From the sequence record LR745206.1: 64,000 bases of DNA; one strand, 5' to 3'. The notes under the pieces are model-generated. The model saw only the letters and a program-made list of their open reading frames with translations. It was not told the origin of the DNA and did no database searches. A program made the position numbers and the translations under genes. This document shows, piece by piece, positions 19,422 to 28,897 of the stretch; position 1 is the first letter of the stretch, and each line of letters begins with the position of its first letter.

Positions 19422-19775
19422 ATGAAAAAAATGATTCAGTGTGCCAAAATATTTTTTTTTGGGGAGTTAAATAGATGTGATTATAATATTCCGGTTATTG
19501 GTGAATTTGTAGTTGTTAAAAAGTTATTTTATTGGAATGGTTCATTCCATAAACATTGCCCTAGAAAAGATCCTATGAGTAAGCCTTGGTTCTTCACAAT
19601 AAAAAAAGGAGATATATTTGAAATAATTGATATTGAAGAAATAGATGGTGATTGGTTGATATATATGATAGATAAATCTGGTGATCAAATAAATATAAAA
19701 TATTTTGAATCTAGAAAATATTGGCAAACAAAATCCGATATTAGGAATAATATATTAAATAAATTAGGAATATGA
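19422..19775 (+). CDS. hypothetical protein, C-terminal tag
   Basis: Likely start MKKMIQ at 19422; ends IRNNILNKLGI. Confidence 0.7.
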   Translation: MKKMIQCAKIFFFGELNRCDYNIPVIGEFVVVKKLFYWNGSFHKHCPRKDPMSKPWFFTIKKGDIFEIIDIEEIDGDWLIYMIDKSGDQINIKYFESRKYWQTKSDIRNNILNKLGI

Positions 19776-20179
19776 GTCCAGGTAGAAATAATAATGATAT
19801 ATTAACTATTGGTTCTACACAAGCTGTAGGAAGTTACATTGAGGATAAGGAGACAAATTATGAATGGATGGATTACCTTTGTATTTTACTCAAAAGTGGT
19901 AACTATATAACTATTGATGTTGATAATACTGTTGAGTTGAAAAAACCAGATAGGGTATTCGGTCAAAAGTTTGAAAATAGATTCTTCAAATTGAGAGTTG
20001 GTATTAAACCAGGTACTATGTGGACAAAAACATTTGATTATGAGGTTGAGGATTATCAACGTATATTAGTAGATGATGATATAATTTATCGACTAGAGAA
20101 TACAATTGAACCAAACCCAACCTATATAAATGAAATGAAAGCTGAGTTAAGATCATTACAAATTAATAAAATAGTATGA
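19772..20179 (+). CDS. hypothetical protein, C-terminal tag
   Basis: ends LRSLQINKIV. Confidence 0.7.
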   Translation: MSPGRNNNDILTIGSTQAVGSYIEDKETNYEWMDYLCILLKSGNYITIDVDNTVELKKPDRVFGQKFENRFFKLRVGIKPGTMWTKTFDYEVEDYQRILVDDDIIYRLENTIEPNPTYINEMKAELRSLQINKIV

Positions 20180-20400
20180 AGATAGGAGATAGAGTTGTTT
20201 TAAAAGAAAGAGTTGAAATGCACAACATAACATATGAAATTGGTCACCAATTTATAATAGTCGGTTCTGATGATATGCGTGGGTTTGATTTAAGGGATGA
20301 TGATGGTAATATGCTATGTGAAACTAGATTTGTTAAAATGGGATTATTACCTTTATCTGAAATAAGAGATAGAAAAATTGATAAAATATTAAAAAAATGA
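20176..20400 (+). CDS. small SH3-like hypothetical protein, C-terminal tag
   Basis: MKIGDRVVL...; ends IRDRKIDKILKK. Confidence 0.7.
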   Translation: MKIGDRVVLKERVEMHNITYEIGHQFIIVGSDDMRGFDLRDDDGNMLCETRFVKMGLLPLSEIRDRKIDKILKK

Positions 20401-21035
20401 TACCAAGTTTAGAAACTATTATAGAAAGATCTGGAATACACCCAAGTCGTGTGTTTAACGTCTATATCTTTGGATCCCAGGTATATGGGACTGCTAATAA
20501 AGATTCCGACTGGGATATAATTATGGTTGCTAATAACTCAGTGGAATCAACCGAGATAAGGAGAGGATTATTCAATATTCATGTCTATACACCAAATAAA
20601 TTTCAAGCTGATTTGGACTGGCATCGTATAAATAATTTAGAGTGTATTTTCGCACCAGATTGGGCTAAATTAAAAGAAAGTATTAAGTATAATTTTAAAT
20701 TAGATACACCTAAACTTAGACATGCAACATCACATATAAGCTCAAATTCTTGGGTAAAATGTAAAAAGAAATTATTAGTCGCTGATGATTATTACACAGG
20801 AATTAAATCCTTATTTCATTCAATAAGAATACCGATGTTCGCCACACAAATCATGCAACATGGGAAGATAGTTGATTTTTCTTGTGCTAACTGGATTTGG
20901 GACAAAATAACATTCCAAGATAAACCAATTTATATGAGGAATAAATTGAAGTGGACTTGGGATGAATTAGATAAAGAGTTCAGAGAAGTAAGAAACAATA
21001 TACTAACTGATTTCAGATCGGTAACTACAAAATGA
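20397..21035 (+). CDS. DNA polymerase beta-superfamily nucleotidyltransferase
   Basis: YIFGSQVYGTANKDSDWDII (GS..DxD) plus helical C-terminal region. Confidence 0.85.
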   Translation: MIPSLETIIERSGIHPSRVFNVYIFGSQVYGTANKDSDWDIIMVANNSVESTEIRRGLFNIHVYTPNKFQADLDWHRINNLECIFAPDWAKLKESIKYNFKLDTPKLRHATSHISSNSWVKCKKKLLVADDYYTGIKSLFHSIRIPMFATQIMQHGKIVDFSCANWIWDKITFQDKPIYMRNKLKWTWDELDKEFREVRNNILTDFRSVTTK

Positions 21036-21157
21036 TTATAAGTATTAATAGACTACCATCAGATGGTAAATTTTATAAGTTTAATAAATTAAAGGTTAGA
21101 CATATTATGTCTAAAAGATCTAAACGTATGAATAAAATAATTGGTATGTTTCTATGA
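21032..21157 (+). CDS. 41-aa hypothetical protein
   Basis: Manual ORF; ATGA overlaps with both neighbours; ends KRSKRMNKIIGMFL. Confidence 0.55.
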   Translation: MIISINRLPSDGKFYKFNKLKVRHIMSKRSKRMNKIIGMFL

Positions 21158-21393
21158 GTGAGGAAGAATATAAGAAAATGTTAGAAGAGTTATCTAATAA
21201 AAGGTTTTCTAATAAAAGAATGGTTACTATTAAACCAAGTGGATCCGTTTCCTTATCTGGTCATATATCTGGTGGTATAAATATGGATTTTGCTAGCTTA
21301 TACCCATCAACACAAAGAATGCACTTCCCTACTAAACAAAGTCGGAGAAAGAAGAAAATTCAGAAAGTATTTGATTTAGATAATCCGGTTTAA
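21154..21393 (+). CDS. hypothetical protein
   Basis: ORF track; RRKKKIQKVFD tag variant. Confidence 0.6.
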   Translation: MSEEEYKKMLEELSNKRFSNKRMVTIKPSGSVSLSGHISGGINMDFASLYPSTQRMHFPTKQSRRKKKIQKVFDLDNPV

Positions 21394-21732
21394 TTTGGAT
21401 TCTCTTTTTATTTTGATTATATCATCAGGTGATATTACCAACCTAACGGGATTTATTGTTTCTATCTTCTTGTCAAATGTGTCAAATGTTTGAATCTTAA
21501 TAATATGATTATCACAATATGTATTTCTTTTATCATATCCTATTATTTCATAAGTGAATTTTTTATTACCTGACCAACTTCTATAAATATAACATTTTGA
21601 TCCTATTGGATACCATTTTTCTAATATTGATAATTGGATATTTGTTGGTGTGTGATTGAATCTTAAAGCAGATTCTCTTGAGTGGTCTTCATAATTCCAC
21701 CAAATCAATGATTTTTTACCAAAAGTACTCAT
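21376..21732 (-). CDS. hypothetical protein, C-terminal tag
   Basis: ends KRESKLNRII. Confidence 0.7.
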   Translation of the reverse strand: MSTFGKKSLIWWNYEDHSRESALRFNHTPTNIQLSILEKWYPIGSKCYIYRSWSGNKKFTYEIIGYDKRNTYCDNHIIKIQTFDTFDKKIETINPVRLVISPDDIIKIKRESKLNRII

Positions 21733-21985
21733 TAAATTTATTTATTTTATATTTTCTAATTTCTCTTCTTTTCTCAATATCATACCAACACATTGATATG
21801 CTATCGGATTCCGTTGTTGTAAAATGTTCACCACATTCACAAGAATAAGCAAGTGATTTGTAAAAAAATGATATTTTAGGTGATGTTGAAAACCCAGACC
21901 ATGAATTGATATTTAGATTAGATACACAACCACAAACTGGACAATCTATACTATCTTTTAACATACATTTGACAGTCATTACCAC
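21716..21985 (-). CDS. zinc-ribbon protein
   Basis: CPVC...CECG; IRKYKINKF near end. Confidence 0.6.
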   Translation of the reverse strand: MVMTVKCMLKDSIDCPVCGCVSNLNINSWSGFSTSPKISFFYKSLAYSCECGEHFTTTESDSISMCWYDIEKRREIRKYKINKFNEYFW

Positions 21986-22268
21986 AAAGTGTTACTACAC
22001 CTATACGTTTATATTCTTTACCCTCATATTCATCAACCTTATCGAGTAATTCTTCTGGTATATGTACGATTGCTCCCATTAAAGTACAACCTTTATCACC
22101 CTCTACAGCAACATTATAATAATTACCATTCATTTTAATTCTTATAATATCCCAACCACCAACATAATCTAAATCTAGATCAACATCAAATCGTTGACCA
22201 AATTCAACTACTTGGATACCACTTTGATAAAGTGTACCATATGAAAATAATTTAACAGTTTTACTCAT
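21951..22268 (-). CDS. gamma-glutamylcyclotransferase (GGACT/AIG2-like)
   Basis: LFSYGTL and VDEYEGKEYKR motifs; start after TATATTTG at 22273-22280. Confidence 0.8.
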   Translation of the reverse strand: MSKTVKLFSYGTLYQSGIQVVEFGQRFDVDLDLDYVGGWDIIRIKMNGNYYNVAVEGDKGCTLMGAIVHIPEELLDKVDEYEGKEYKRIGVVTLCGNDCQMYVKR

Positions 22269-22286
22269 TTCACAAATATACAAAAA

Positions 22287-22310
22287 AAAGAGGACTTTTA
22301 CATCCTCTTT
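22287..22310 (-). terminator. intrinsic terminator after NAMPT
   Basis: AAAGAGGA-8 nt-TCCTCTTT followed by a T run on the minus strand. Confidence 0.7.
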
Positions 22311-22330
22311 ATCTTATATTTATTTTCTCT

Positions 22331-23992
22331 TTATGCTTTTAATGGTGCATATTTAGTTAATAACTCTTGTTTAATTTTGATGATTCTATCACTAGCTGGA
22401 TAATTGTGATTATCTGGTGTTTTAAGTGATAATGGCATTTTCTTCATCTGGTCTTTAATTCTATCTTTGATAGTAATAAAGTTATCATCTTGTCCTTCAC
22501 CAAATGGTTTGTAAATATTCTCACCATTAAAATACTCAACCATCATATCAACACCATCCTCATTATTAAACACAATAGTTTGTTTTTTATCCAATGCTTC
22601 CTTTGTTCTTAGTAATTTGAATGGTCCTGGTAGTGTACCTTTACCCAAACTCTCACTAAATTTAACAACTGGTTTATCTTCATGTCCAACAGATGATAAC
22701 GCGTATTTAGCAGATAAGTTATCACGTTTTAATTCATTACGTAAACCACCACCTTGTCCAAATAATCCCCAAGTATAGAAGGCGTACCCATGGTCGATTA
22801 GGAAATCAATTTCATCTAAAATATCCTCAAAATTCTTACCATCACCATCAAGAAAATGTAATAATGTACCACATTTCCAAGTACCGGTTCTTGTTGTCAT
22901 TTCTGTATATAATCCAGATTCAACACCGATTTCACAAACTTCCAGAATTTGATCTTTAGTTGTATATCCTTCCTTTGAAGAATCTGGTCTAGCAACAATT
23001 ACTTTGTTACTTCCATCTTCTTTACTTTTTATTGCTAGTGGTAGTAGATAGTTTCTAACTGCAAATTTAGCGTCATAACAATCATCAACCATTGAGATAA
23101 TCTCACCATCTTTGCAACTATCATAAATTGCTTTATAACAATCGAATTCCTTTTCAAATGATTGTACATTTCTATGAGCCAATGCGTTAACTGATGAAAA
23201 TATACCTGGTACTTCACCAGCATTTTTCCAAGCTTGGTAAGCTCCTGAGAATGTATCTGTTCCACCAAATGTATATAAGTGAACCATTCCTAATTCTTCT
23301 GATTCATTTGATGTCATACCAGCTCTGTCTCCAAAATCAGTAATCATAATAGATGCGTAGAAATTTAAGTCGGCTTCTGACATATCAGGATCAACTTTAA
23401 GAATTCTTTCTTTAATTCTGTTTAAGAAGTGTTCGTCTTGAGTAACTCTTTCGGTTCTGGACCAAACTTGTAGAATTTTAGATTCGAACCAAGCTCCTAA
23501 TACACCCATACCATCAACACTTGATGTTATCTCGATAGCTGGTTCATTTGGATATAGAACGGATCCTTCTTTGACAGCTCTAATTTGAATTGGTGGTCTT
23601 CCATTGAATTCATCAACAACTCTTCTCCAAATTTCTTCCGGAAATTCATATTCTTTGAATCCATTTGTTGTTACTTTAGCGTGTGCTAAAAAACGTTTAG
23701 TTTCATCAATTTCATCATGAGTGATTGGTTCGTAGAATAGTTCTTCTAGAATTCTTTGTAACCCAATAAAGACAATTCTATTATCATCTTCTTTGAATAT
23801 TACTGGGTTAATTTTATTTAATTCTCTTCTGAAAGTTACGTAATAAACAGACTTCTCTTTTGCTTCAACACTTTCAAATTTATTAGAACCTATTGTGTAG
23901 GCATCACCCAATAGTAATCTTGGTGTTTTGTATATTTTTCGACCAGGTAAAGTAACCTCTCTATTTTCAACTTTTTCTTGTAAATAATCCAT
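22331..23992 (-). CDS. nadV: nicotinamide phosphoribosyltransferase
   Basis: LLLGDAY, ITDFGDR, FGGTDT, ALAH, VVDC-like MVDDCYD, VARPDS, GDG, GQGGGL, KGTLPG motifs of the NAMPT family. Confidence 0.85.
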   Translation of the reverse strand: MDYLQEKVENREVTLPGRKIYKTPRLLLGDAYTIGSNKFESVEAKEKSVYYVTFRRELNKINPVIFKEDDNRIVFIGLQRILEELFYEPITHDEIDETKRFLAHAKVTTNGFKEYEFPEEIWRRVVDEFNGRPPIQIRAVKEGSVLYPNEPAIEITSSVDGMGVLGAWFESKILQVWSRTERVTQDEHFLNRIKERILKVDPDMSEADLNFYASIMITDFGDRAGMTSNESEELGMVHLYTFGGTDTFSGAYQAWKNAGEVPGIFSSVNALAHRNVQSFEKEFDCYKAIYDSCKDGEIISMVDDCYDAKFAVRNYLLPLAIKSKEDGSNKVIVARPDSSKEGYTTKDQILEVCEIGVESGLYTEMTTRTGTWKCGTLLHFLDGDGKNFEDILDEIDFLIDHGYAFYTWGLFGQGGGLRNELKRDNLSAKYALSSVGHEDKPVVKFSESLGKGTLPGPFKLLRTKEALDKKQTIVFNNEDGVDMMVEYFNGENIYKPFGEGQDDNFITIKDRIKDQMKKMPLSLKTPDNHNYPASDRIIKIKQELLTKYAPLKA

Positions 23993-24002
23993 AATATATT
24001 TT

Positions 24003-24980
24003 TTAATTTAATTCTTTCTCGAAATATTTCATCAGTTTACCAAAGAAATCTAGATGTTCTGATATAATTACCTTAGAATATTTTTCTTCACTTGATAATT
24101 CATCAATAGATACCCATTTAACTTCTTCGATATCATCAGCAGCTTTAGCGTGACCCCACTTTTTCTCAAATAGGAATAGTGTACTGAATATTTCACTATC
24201 TTCTTTAAGATGTCTCCAATCCTTTATTTTACCACTACAAATGTACTTAGCATCTTTTGATTGACCAACTTCAAGACCTCTACCAGTTTCTTCTCCTAGT
24301 TCTCTGATAGCAGCAGATTCATAATCTTTATCAGTTACATCAACATGACCACCAACAAATCTTAATTTATCTTCTCCTGGTTTACGACCTAAAAGTATTG
24401 TATTATTTGATTTATCAAATACAACAACATCTACACAAGGCATTATAACCGGAAATCTACCAAAGTTTGCGTATATAACACCCTTTCTGAAATCTTCTGT
24501 ATGTCCAACTTCTCTAGCTACCTCTTCACGTATTGAGCTACCTGAGATTTTATCTTGATCATTATTACCAACCAACTCTACTGTTTGGTAACGACCATGA
24601 TAAAATGGAACAAACGAATCCCTAGCACCATATAATAGTGTACTTCTATTCCCGAAAGGTTCTGATATTTTACCATCTAAAATGGTTGACCAAGTTTTAT
24701 TATCTCTTTGGTCTCTAAGTGGGAGGATTGTAACGTCCGGATATTCTTGTTGAATCATTGATTTCCTGGTAGCGAAATCTAATGGGTTTCTTTTAGTTTG
24801 TTCCACAACAGGAACTCCTAAAAATATAATAACTTTTTTGTGATTATCACAAACTTTGTCTATCAAATGTCTATGAACATCATGTAGTTTTGGAACTTGC
24901 ATCCTAGCTACAAGAACACCTACTTCATAATCAGAAACATTAATCACAGACGGTATATTTAATTCTATCTTCTCTACCAT
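24003..24980 (-). CDS. nadM: bifunctional NMN adenylyltransferase / Nudix hydrolase (NadM-Nudix, NatV-like)
   Basis: ARMQVPKLHDVH, RNPLDFATRK, ISGSSIRE; C-terminal FVGGHVD...AAIRELGEETG. Confidence 0.88.
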   Translation of the reverse strand: MVEKIELNIPSVINVSDYEVGVLVARMQVPKLHDVHRHLIDKVCDNHKKVIIFLGVPVVEQTKRNPLDFATRKSMIQQEYPDVTILPLRDQRDNKTWSTILDGKISEPFGNRSTLLYGARDSFVPFYHGRYQTVELVGNNDQDKISGSSIREEVAREVGHTEDFRKGVIYANFGRFPVIMPCVDVVVFDKSNNTILLGRKPGEDKLRFVGGHVDVTDKDYESAAIRELGEETGRGLEVGQSKDAKYICSGKIKDWRHLKEDSEIFSTLFLFEKKWGHAKAADDIEEVKWVSIDELSSEEKYSKVIISEHLDFFGKLMKYFEKELN

Positions 24981-25063
24981 AATGATTTAATTTAGTTTAA
25001 ATACAAATATAATAATTTTTAATGGTTTTTCACATATAATATATAAATTAAATTAAAATAGTA

Positions 25064-26059
25064 ATGAAAAAATCAATTAATGTCTTAAGCATAGATGGTG
25101 GTGGTATAAGAGGTGTTTTACCTGCTGAGATATTAATATATGTTGAGAAGAAATTATCAGAATTATATGGTAAAGAAACCAGACTATCAGATCACTTTGA
25201 TTATATAGCTGGTACATCAACGGGTGGTATTCTAGCGTCATTGTATTGTTTTCCTGATGAAGATGGTAATCCAAAATACTCAGCTATTGATGCTTCAAAT
25301 CTTTATATGGATCATGGTAATTATATTTTTAAGAAAGAATTTCGTTGGTTTTTCACTCTCGGTGGACTTATTGGACCAAGATATAGACCAAATAATTTAG
25401 AGAAATTATTTAAGGTTTATTTCGGTGATGTTAGAATTAAAGAATCAACTACCAATCTTATGTTACCATCAATTGATACTACACAAAGAGATATTTATTT
25501 TTTCAAAAGTTATAAAGGTAAATTAAATGAGAATCATAATATGATGTTTAGAGAAGCTGTTAGATCAACATCAGCAGCTCCTACTTATTTTAGACCGAAT
25601 CATTTAATGGTTGATGGTGATGATAGAAGTTTAATTGATGGTGGTATGGGAGTAAATAATCCAACAGTATCAGCTTATATCGAGGTTAAGAAAATATATC
25701 CTGATGCTAAAATAATAAATGTTTTATCTATTGGTACAGGACCATTGGAATTACCATTTAAATATAAAGTTGCTAAGAGGTGGGGTGTTATTAGTGCTGG
25801 TAAAATATTTGATATAAATTTAAATAGTATGTCAGACGCAGTTGATTATCAAATGAATACATTATATGAAAAAGGTGATTTAGTTGGTGATTATTTGAGA
25901 ATAAATCCGGAATTATTCGGTGCTAAATCAAAGATGGATGGAGCTTCAAAGAAAAATTTAAATATGTTAAAAGAAGCTGGGAAGAAATCATTAGAATTAT
26001 ATAAAAATGACATAGATGAATTCTTAAAAAGGACTACAATTAAGAAGAAGAAAAACTAA
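25064..26059 (+). CDS. patatin-like phospholipase
   Basis: DGGGIRG, GTSTG (GxSxG), DGG; TAATATATA at 25037-25045. Confidence 0.93.
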   Translation: MKKSINVLSIDGGGIRGVLPAEILIYVEKKLSELYGKETRLSDHFDYIAGTSTGGILASLYCFPDEDGNPKYSAIDASNLYMDHGNYIFKKEFRWFFTLGGLIGPRYRPNNLEKLFKVYFGDVRIKESTTNLMLPSIDTTQRDIYFFKSYKGKLNENHNMMFREAVRSTSAAPTYFRPNHLMVDGDDRSLIDGGMGVNNPTVSAYIEVKKIYPDAKIINVLSIGTGPLELPFKYKVAKRWGVISAGKIFDINLNSMSDAVDYQMNTLYEKGDLVGDYLRINPELFGAKSKMDGASKKNLNMLKEAGKKSLELYKNDIDEFLKRTTIKKKKN

Positions 26060-26295
26060 TCTAATATCTTCCTCAATTTCCATTCTCGATAAACATCTAA
26101 TGTAATAAATAATCTATCTGAATGTATTCCAACTGGTGAGTTGGTATCAACATGAATCAATTCCAAAACAATTCTATCATCAGACATTTCAATAGCATCA
26201 TTGACACTATACTTATCACCAATAATAAGGTTATATTTTTGCCCATATAGTTCATCCTTTGAACAAATTAGAATATCTCCCTTATTATATTTCAT
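26056..26295 (-). CDS. hypothetical protein, C-terminal tag
   Basis: ends YREWKLRKILD; TATATTTG at 26300-26307. Confidence 0.7.
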   Translation of the reverse strand: MKYNKGDILICSKDELYGQKYNLIIGDKYSVNDAIEMSDDRIVLELIHVDTNSPVGIHSDRLFITLDVYREWKLRKILD

Positions 26296-26350
26296 TTTAC
26301 AAATATAACAATTTTAAAATAAAAAAACCTCAAATTTTGAGGTCTTTTTT

Positions 26351-26521
26351 TTAGTTTTCTAATACCTTATCGATATTTGATTCCCTAACCTTAGATTTAA
26401 TCCAAGAAGGTTCATTTTCCAAATCTTCTTCTGTGATTCCCAATTGGTTCATAAATACCTCTAATAGATATTTTTTGTTTTCCCAATTATAAGATGGTCT
26501 TGATTCTGATACTTCGTCCAT
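26351..26521 (-). CDS. 56-aa hypothetical protein, C-terminal tag
   Basis: Manual ORF MDEVSESR...VRESNIDKVLEN, below track cutoff. Confidence 0.7.
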   Translation of the reverse strand: MDEVSESRPSYNWENKKYLLEVFMNQLGITEEDLENEPSWIKSKVRESNIDKVLEN

Positions 26522-26586
26522 AATTAATAAATTTATTTTTTATTTATATTTGGTTAAACCAAAAAGTTTTATATTATATAACTTAC

Positions 26587-27294
26587 ATGAGTAAAAAAGT
26601 TCCGGTTATAAATCAAGTGATATTACCAAATGGTCAAATAGGCATAACAGTTGATGATGGTAGTAGATTACCTGGTGATATAAAAGATGTTTCGGAAATT
26701 AAATATGAGAGATCCGAAATACCAAAAGAATTAATAAATGAGTGTGAGTTGTTATCAGTTGATGGTGAAACACATTTTATCTTTGATAATAAAGTAACGT
26801 CTAATATAAAATCACAATATCTGGATAGTACAGAAGAGATAAGAGATTTCAATCTAACTGAAATACTATCAAATGATGATAAATATCATGTTGGTTCAGA
26901 GTTATATTTTCGTGAATTACCATCTAGGTTTTCATATTATGATACCGAAACTAAACTAATAGGTAGATATAATAGGTATAATTACATTATAAACTTTATA
27001 AAAAATATTGGATTTGAACCATCTCAATCTAATTTTGGTCCAGAATTTGAACAATCATTTATTTTAGAGATATTCGATTCTGGTGAGTTATATAAATATA
27101 TAATTAGAATAAGACCTAATTTATTTATTAAAATATTGTATTTACCAAATGGTGGTAACCAGACGATATCATATGATGGCTTCTTCAAAAAGAATAAAAT
27201 ATTTGAATCCATAGAAAAAACTTGCCCAAGTGGGTATAAGTCAATAATAAGAGATGAAAAGATAAAAGTTATATTAAATGAAAAAGAGGACTAA
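26587..27294 (+). CDS. hypothetical protein with two tag copies
   Basis: Internal IRDFNLTEILS and C-terminal IRDEKIKVILNE. Confidence 0.7.
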   Translation: MSKKVPVINQVILPNGQIGITVDDGSRLPGDIKDVSEIKYERSEIPKELINECELLSVDGETHFIFDNKVTSNIKSQYLDSTEEIRDFNLTEILSNDDKYHVGSELYFRELPSRFSYYDTETKLIGRYNRYNYIINFIKNIGFEPSQSNFGPEFEQSFILEIFDSGELYKYIIRIRPNLFIKILYLPNGGNQTISYDGFFKKNKIFESIEKTCPSGYKSIIRDEKIKVILNEKED

Positions 27295-27306
27295 AGTCCT
27301 CTTTTT
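27281..27306. terminator. bidirectional intrinsic terminator
   Basis: AAAAAGAGGAC-TAAA-GTCCTCTTTTT between convergent genes. Confidence 0.85.
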
Positions 27307-27308
27307 TT

Positions 27309-28112
27309 TTATTTAAGTAAATTCCAAAATTCTTTGAAATGTTTAATTCTATCATCAATTCCATTATAACCACCATTAACTCTTTTGGTTACTTGTTTAA
27401 CAACATCATCACTTGATCCTTTATCACAAGTTGACCAAAGGTTGTTATTGTTGAAAAAGAATGCTGCTGATGCTAATGGATATTTAGTAGCTACTGTATC
27501 TGGATTTGATATTATATCTTCTCCTATAAATGATCCAAATTTCGTATAATTACTTTTACCAGTTAATTGTATATATCCTCTACCTCTAAATTTATATCCT
27601 TCTTTAGTTGATTCATCACCATTACCCATCCTATTCCCATAAACTCTTGATGCTATTTTTTCTGGATTTTTTGCATAATCATTAGCTAAATCATTTGGGA
27701 AATATTTACCGAATGTTTTTTTAAGACCATTTACTGAATAATTCAAATTTTCGGAAACTGCTCTAAAATTACCTGACTCATGAGCACATTGTGATAAAAA
27801 GTGAGATAATCTAAGTGGTGTTGTTATATTAAAAGCAGCACACACTGATGGTATTTGATCATAAACAACATCAGGTATATGACCTTTTAATTTTTTTATA
27901 TCTAAAATAACATTCACATCATTTGATACAACCTCAAAAAGTTTTGACCAAGTACCATTACCAACTATACCATCTGATACAAGTCCGTTATCTTTTTGAA
28001 ATTTAACAACTGCTGATTCAGTTGCTGGTCCAAAATCACCATCACTATTCAAACCTAATTTAGATTGAATCTTTTTAACCTCTTCTCCTTTACTACCTAT
28101 TTTTAAAAGCAT
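27309..28112 (-). CDS. endolysin: peptidoglycan-binding domain + GH19 lysozyme
   Basis: DGDFGPATESAV/DGIVGNGTW; HFLSQCAHESGNF, ENLNYS, FRGRGYIQLTGKSNY, VNGGYNGIDDR. Confidence 0.93.
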   Translation of the reverse strand: MLLKIGSKGEEVKKIQSKLGLNSDGDFGPATESAVVKFQKDNGLVSDGIVGNGTWSKLFEVVSNDVNVILDIKKLKGHIPDVVYDQIPSVCAAFNITTPLRLSHFLSQCAHESGNFRAVSENLNYSVNGLKKTFGKYFPNDLANDYAKNPEKIASRVYGNRMGNGDESTKEGYKFRGRGYIQLTGKSNYTKFGSFIGEDIISNPDTVATKYPLASAAFFFNNNNLWSTCDKGSSDDVVKQVTKRVNGGYNGIDDRIKHFKEFWNLLK

Positions 28113-28141
28113 AACACCATTTTTATTTTTATATATTTATA

Positions 28142-28867
28142 TCATCTCTTTTTCCTATATTCGATTAAGTTTTTAGCCCCTAAATAAGCGGCTATAATTG
28201 CACCAAATACAATTAGATAGTTACTTGTTATATGACCTTGTGTGAATAGATTATAGTCAAATAATCCATGTATTATAGTTGCACAAACAACACCTAATAT
28301 AGTATATGATATGATTTTTAATTTTGGCTTCTTTATAAAAATTAGCTCTAATAAGGATCTGTTTTCTAGTTTTGAAGGTATTCTACCTTTTGATATCCAA
28401 TAACCCATTATTAACCCACATAAAAAGTGCAAAACCATACATAAGGTGCTTCTTATTAATAATACTTCACCACCATACATAATAGCGTATGTTATATTTT
28501 CTATAAAAGCGAATCCGAGAGCTGATATACCACAATATATCATTGTTGATATTGGTAAATCCCTTTCTTTATTAACTACTCTATTACCTAAATTAAAAGA
28601 TCCCCATTTAACCAATTCTTCAAGAAGTGCTATTTGTATAAATGATAGAATGAAAAAGCTCATATCATCAAAACCCATTGGATTCGTTATACCAGGAAAC
28701 ACTCTGTGTATTGTGAATAACATACCAACACTTATCATACCTATTCCGAAGTAAGTAAATGATTTTTTTAAACTTATTGATCTTAATGGAGTTGTTGACC
28801 ATATTACTAATATGTAAAATACAACTGGTAAAAAAGCAAGTAAGATATAAAGAAGAGATAACATCAT
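28142..28867 (-). CDS. PrsW-family intramembrane metalloprotease
   Basis: Multiple TMs; LEELVK, LGFAFIEN, LHFLC, IHGLFD motifs. Confidence 0.88.
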   Translation of the reverse strand: MMLSLLYILLAFLPVVFYILVIWSTTPLRSISLKKSFTYFGIGMISVGMLFTIHRVFPGITNPMGFDDMSFFILSFIQIALLEELVKWGSFNLGNRVVNKERDLPISTMIYCGISALGFAFIENITYAIMYGGEVLLIRSTLCMVLHFLCGLIMGYWISKGRIPSKLENRSLLELIFIKKPKLKIISYTILGVVCATIIHGLFDYNLFTQGHITSNYLIVFGAIIAAYLGAKNLIEYRKKR

Positions 28868-28897
28868 ATATTATATATCAAAATATAATTTGTACTT

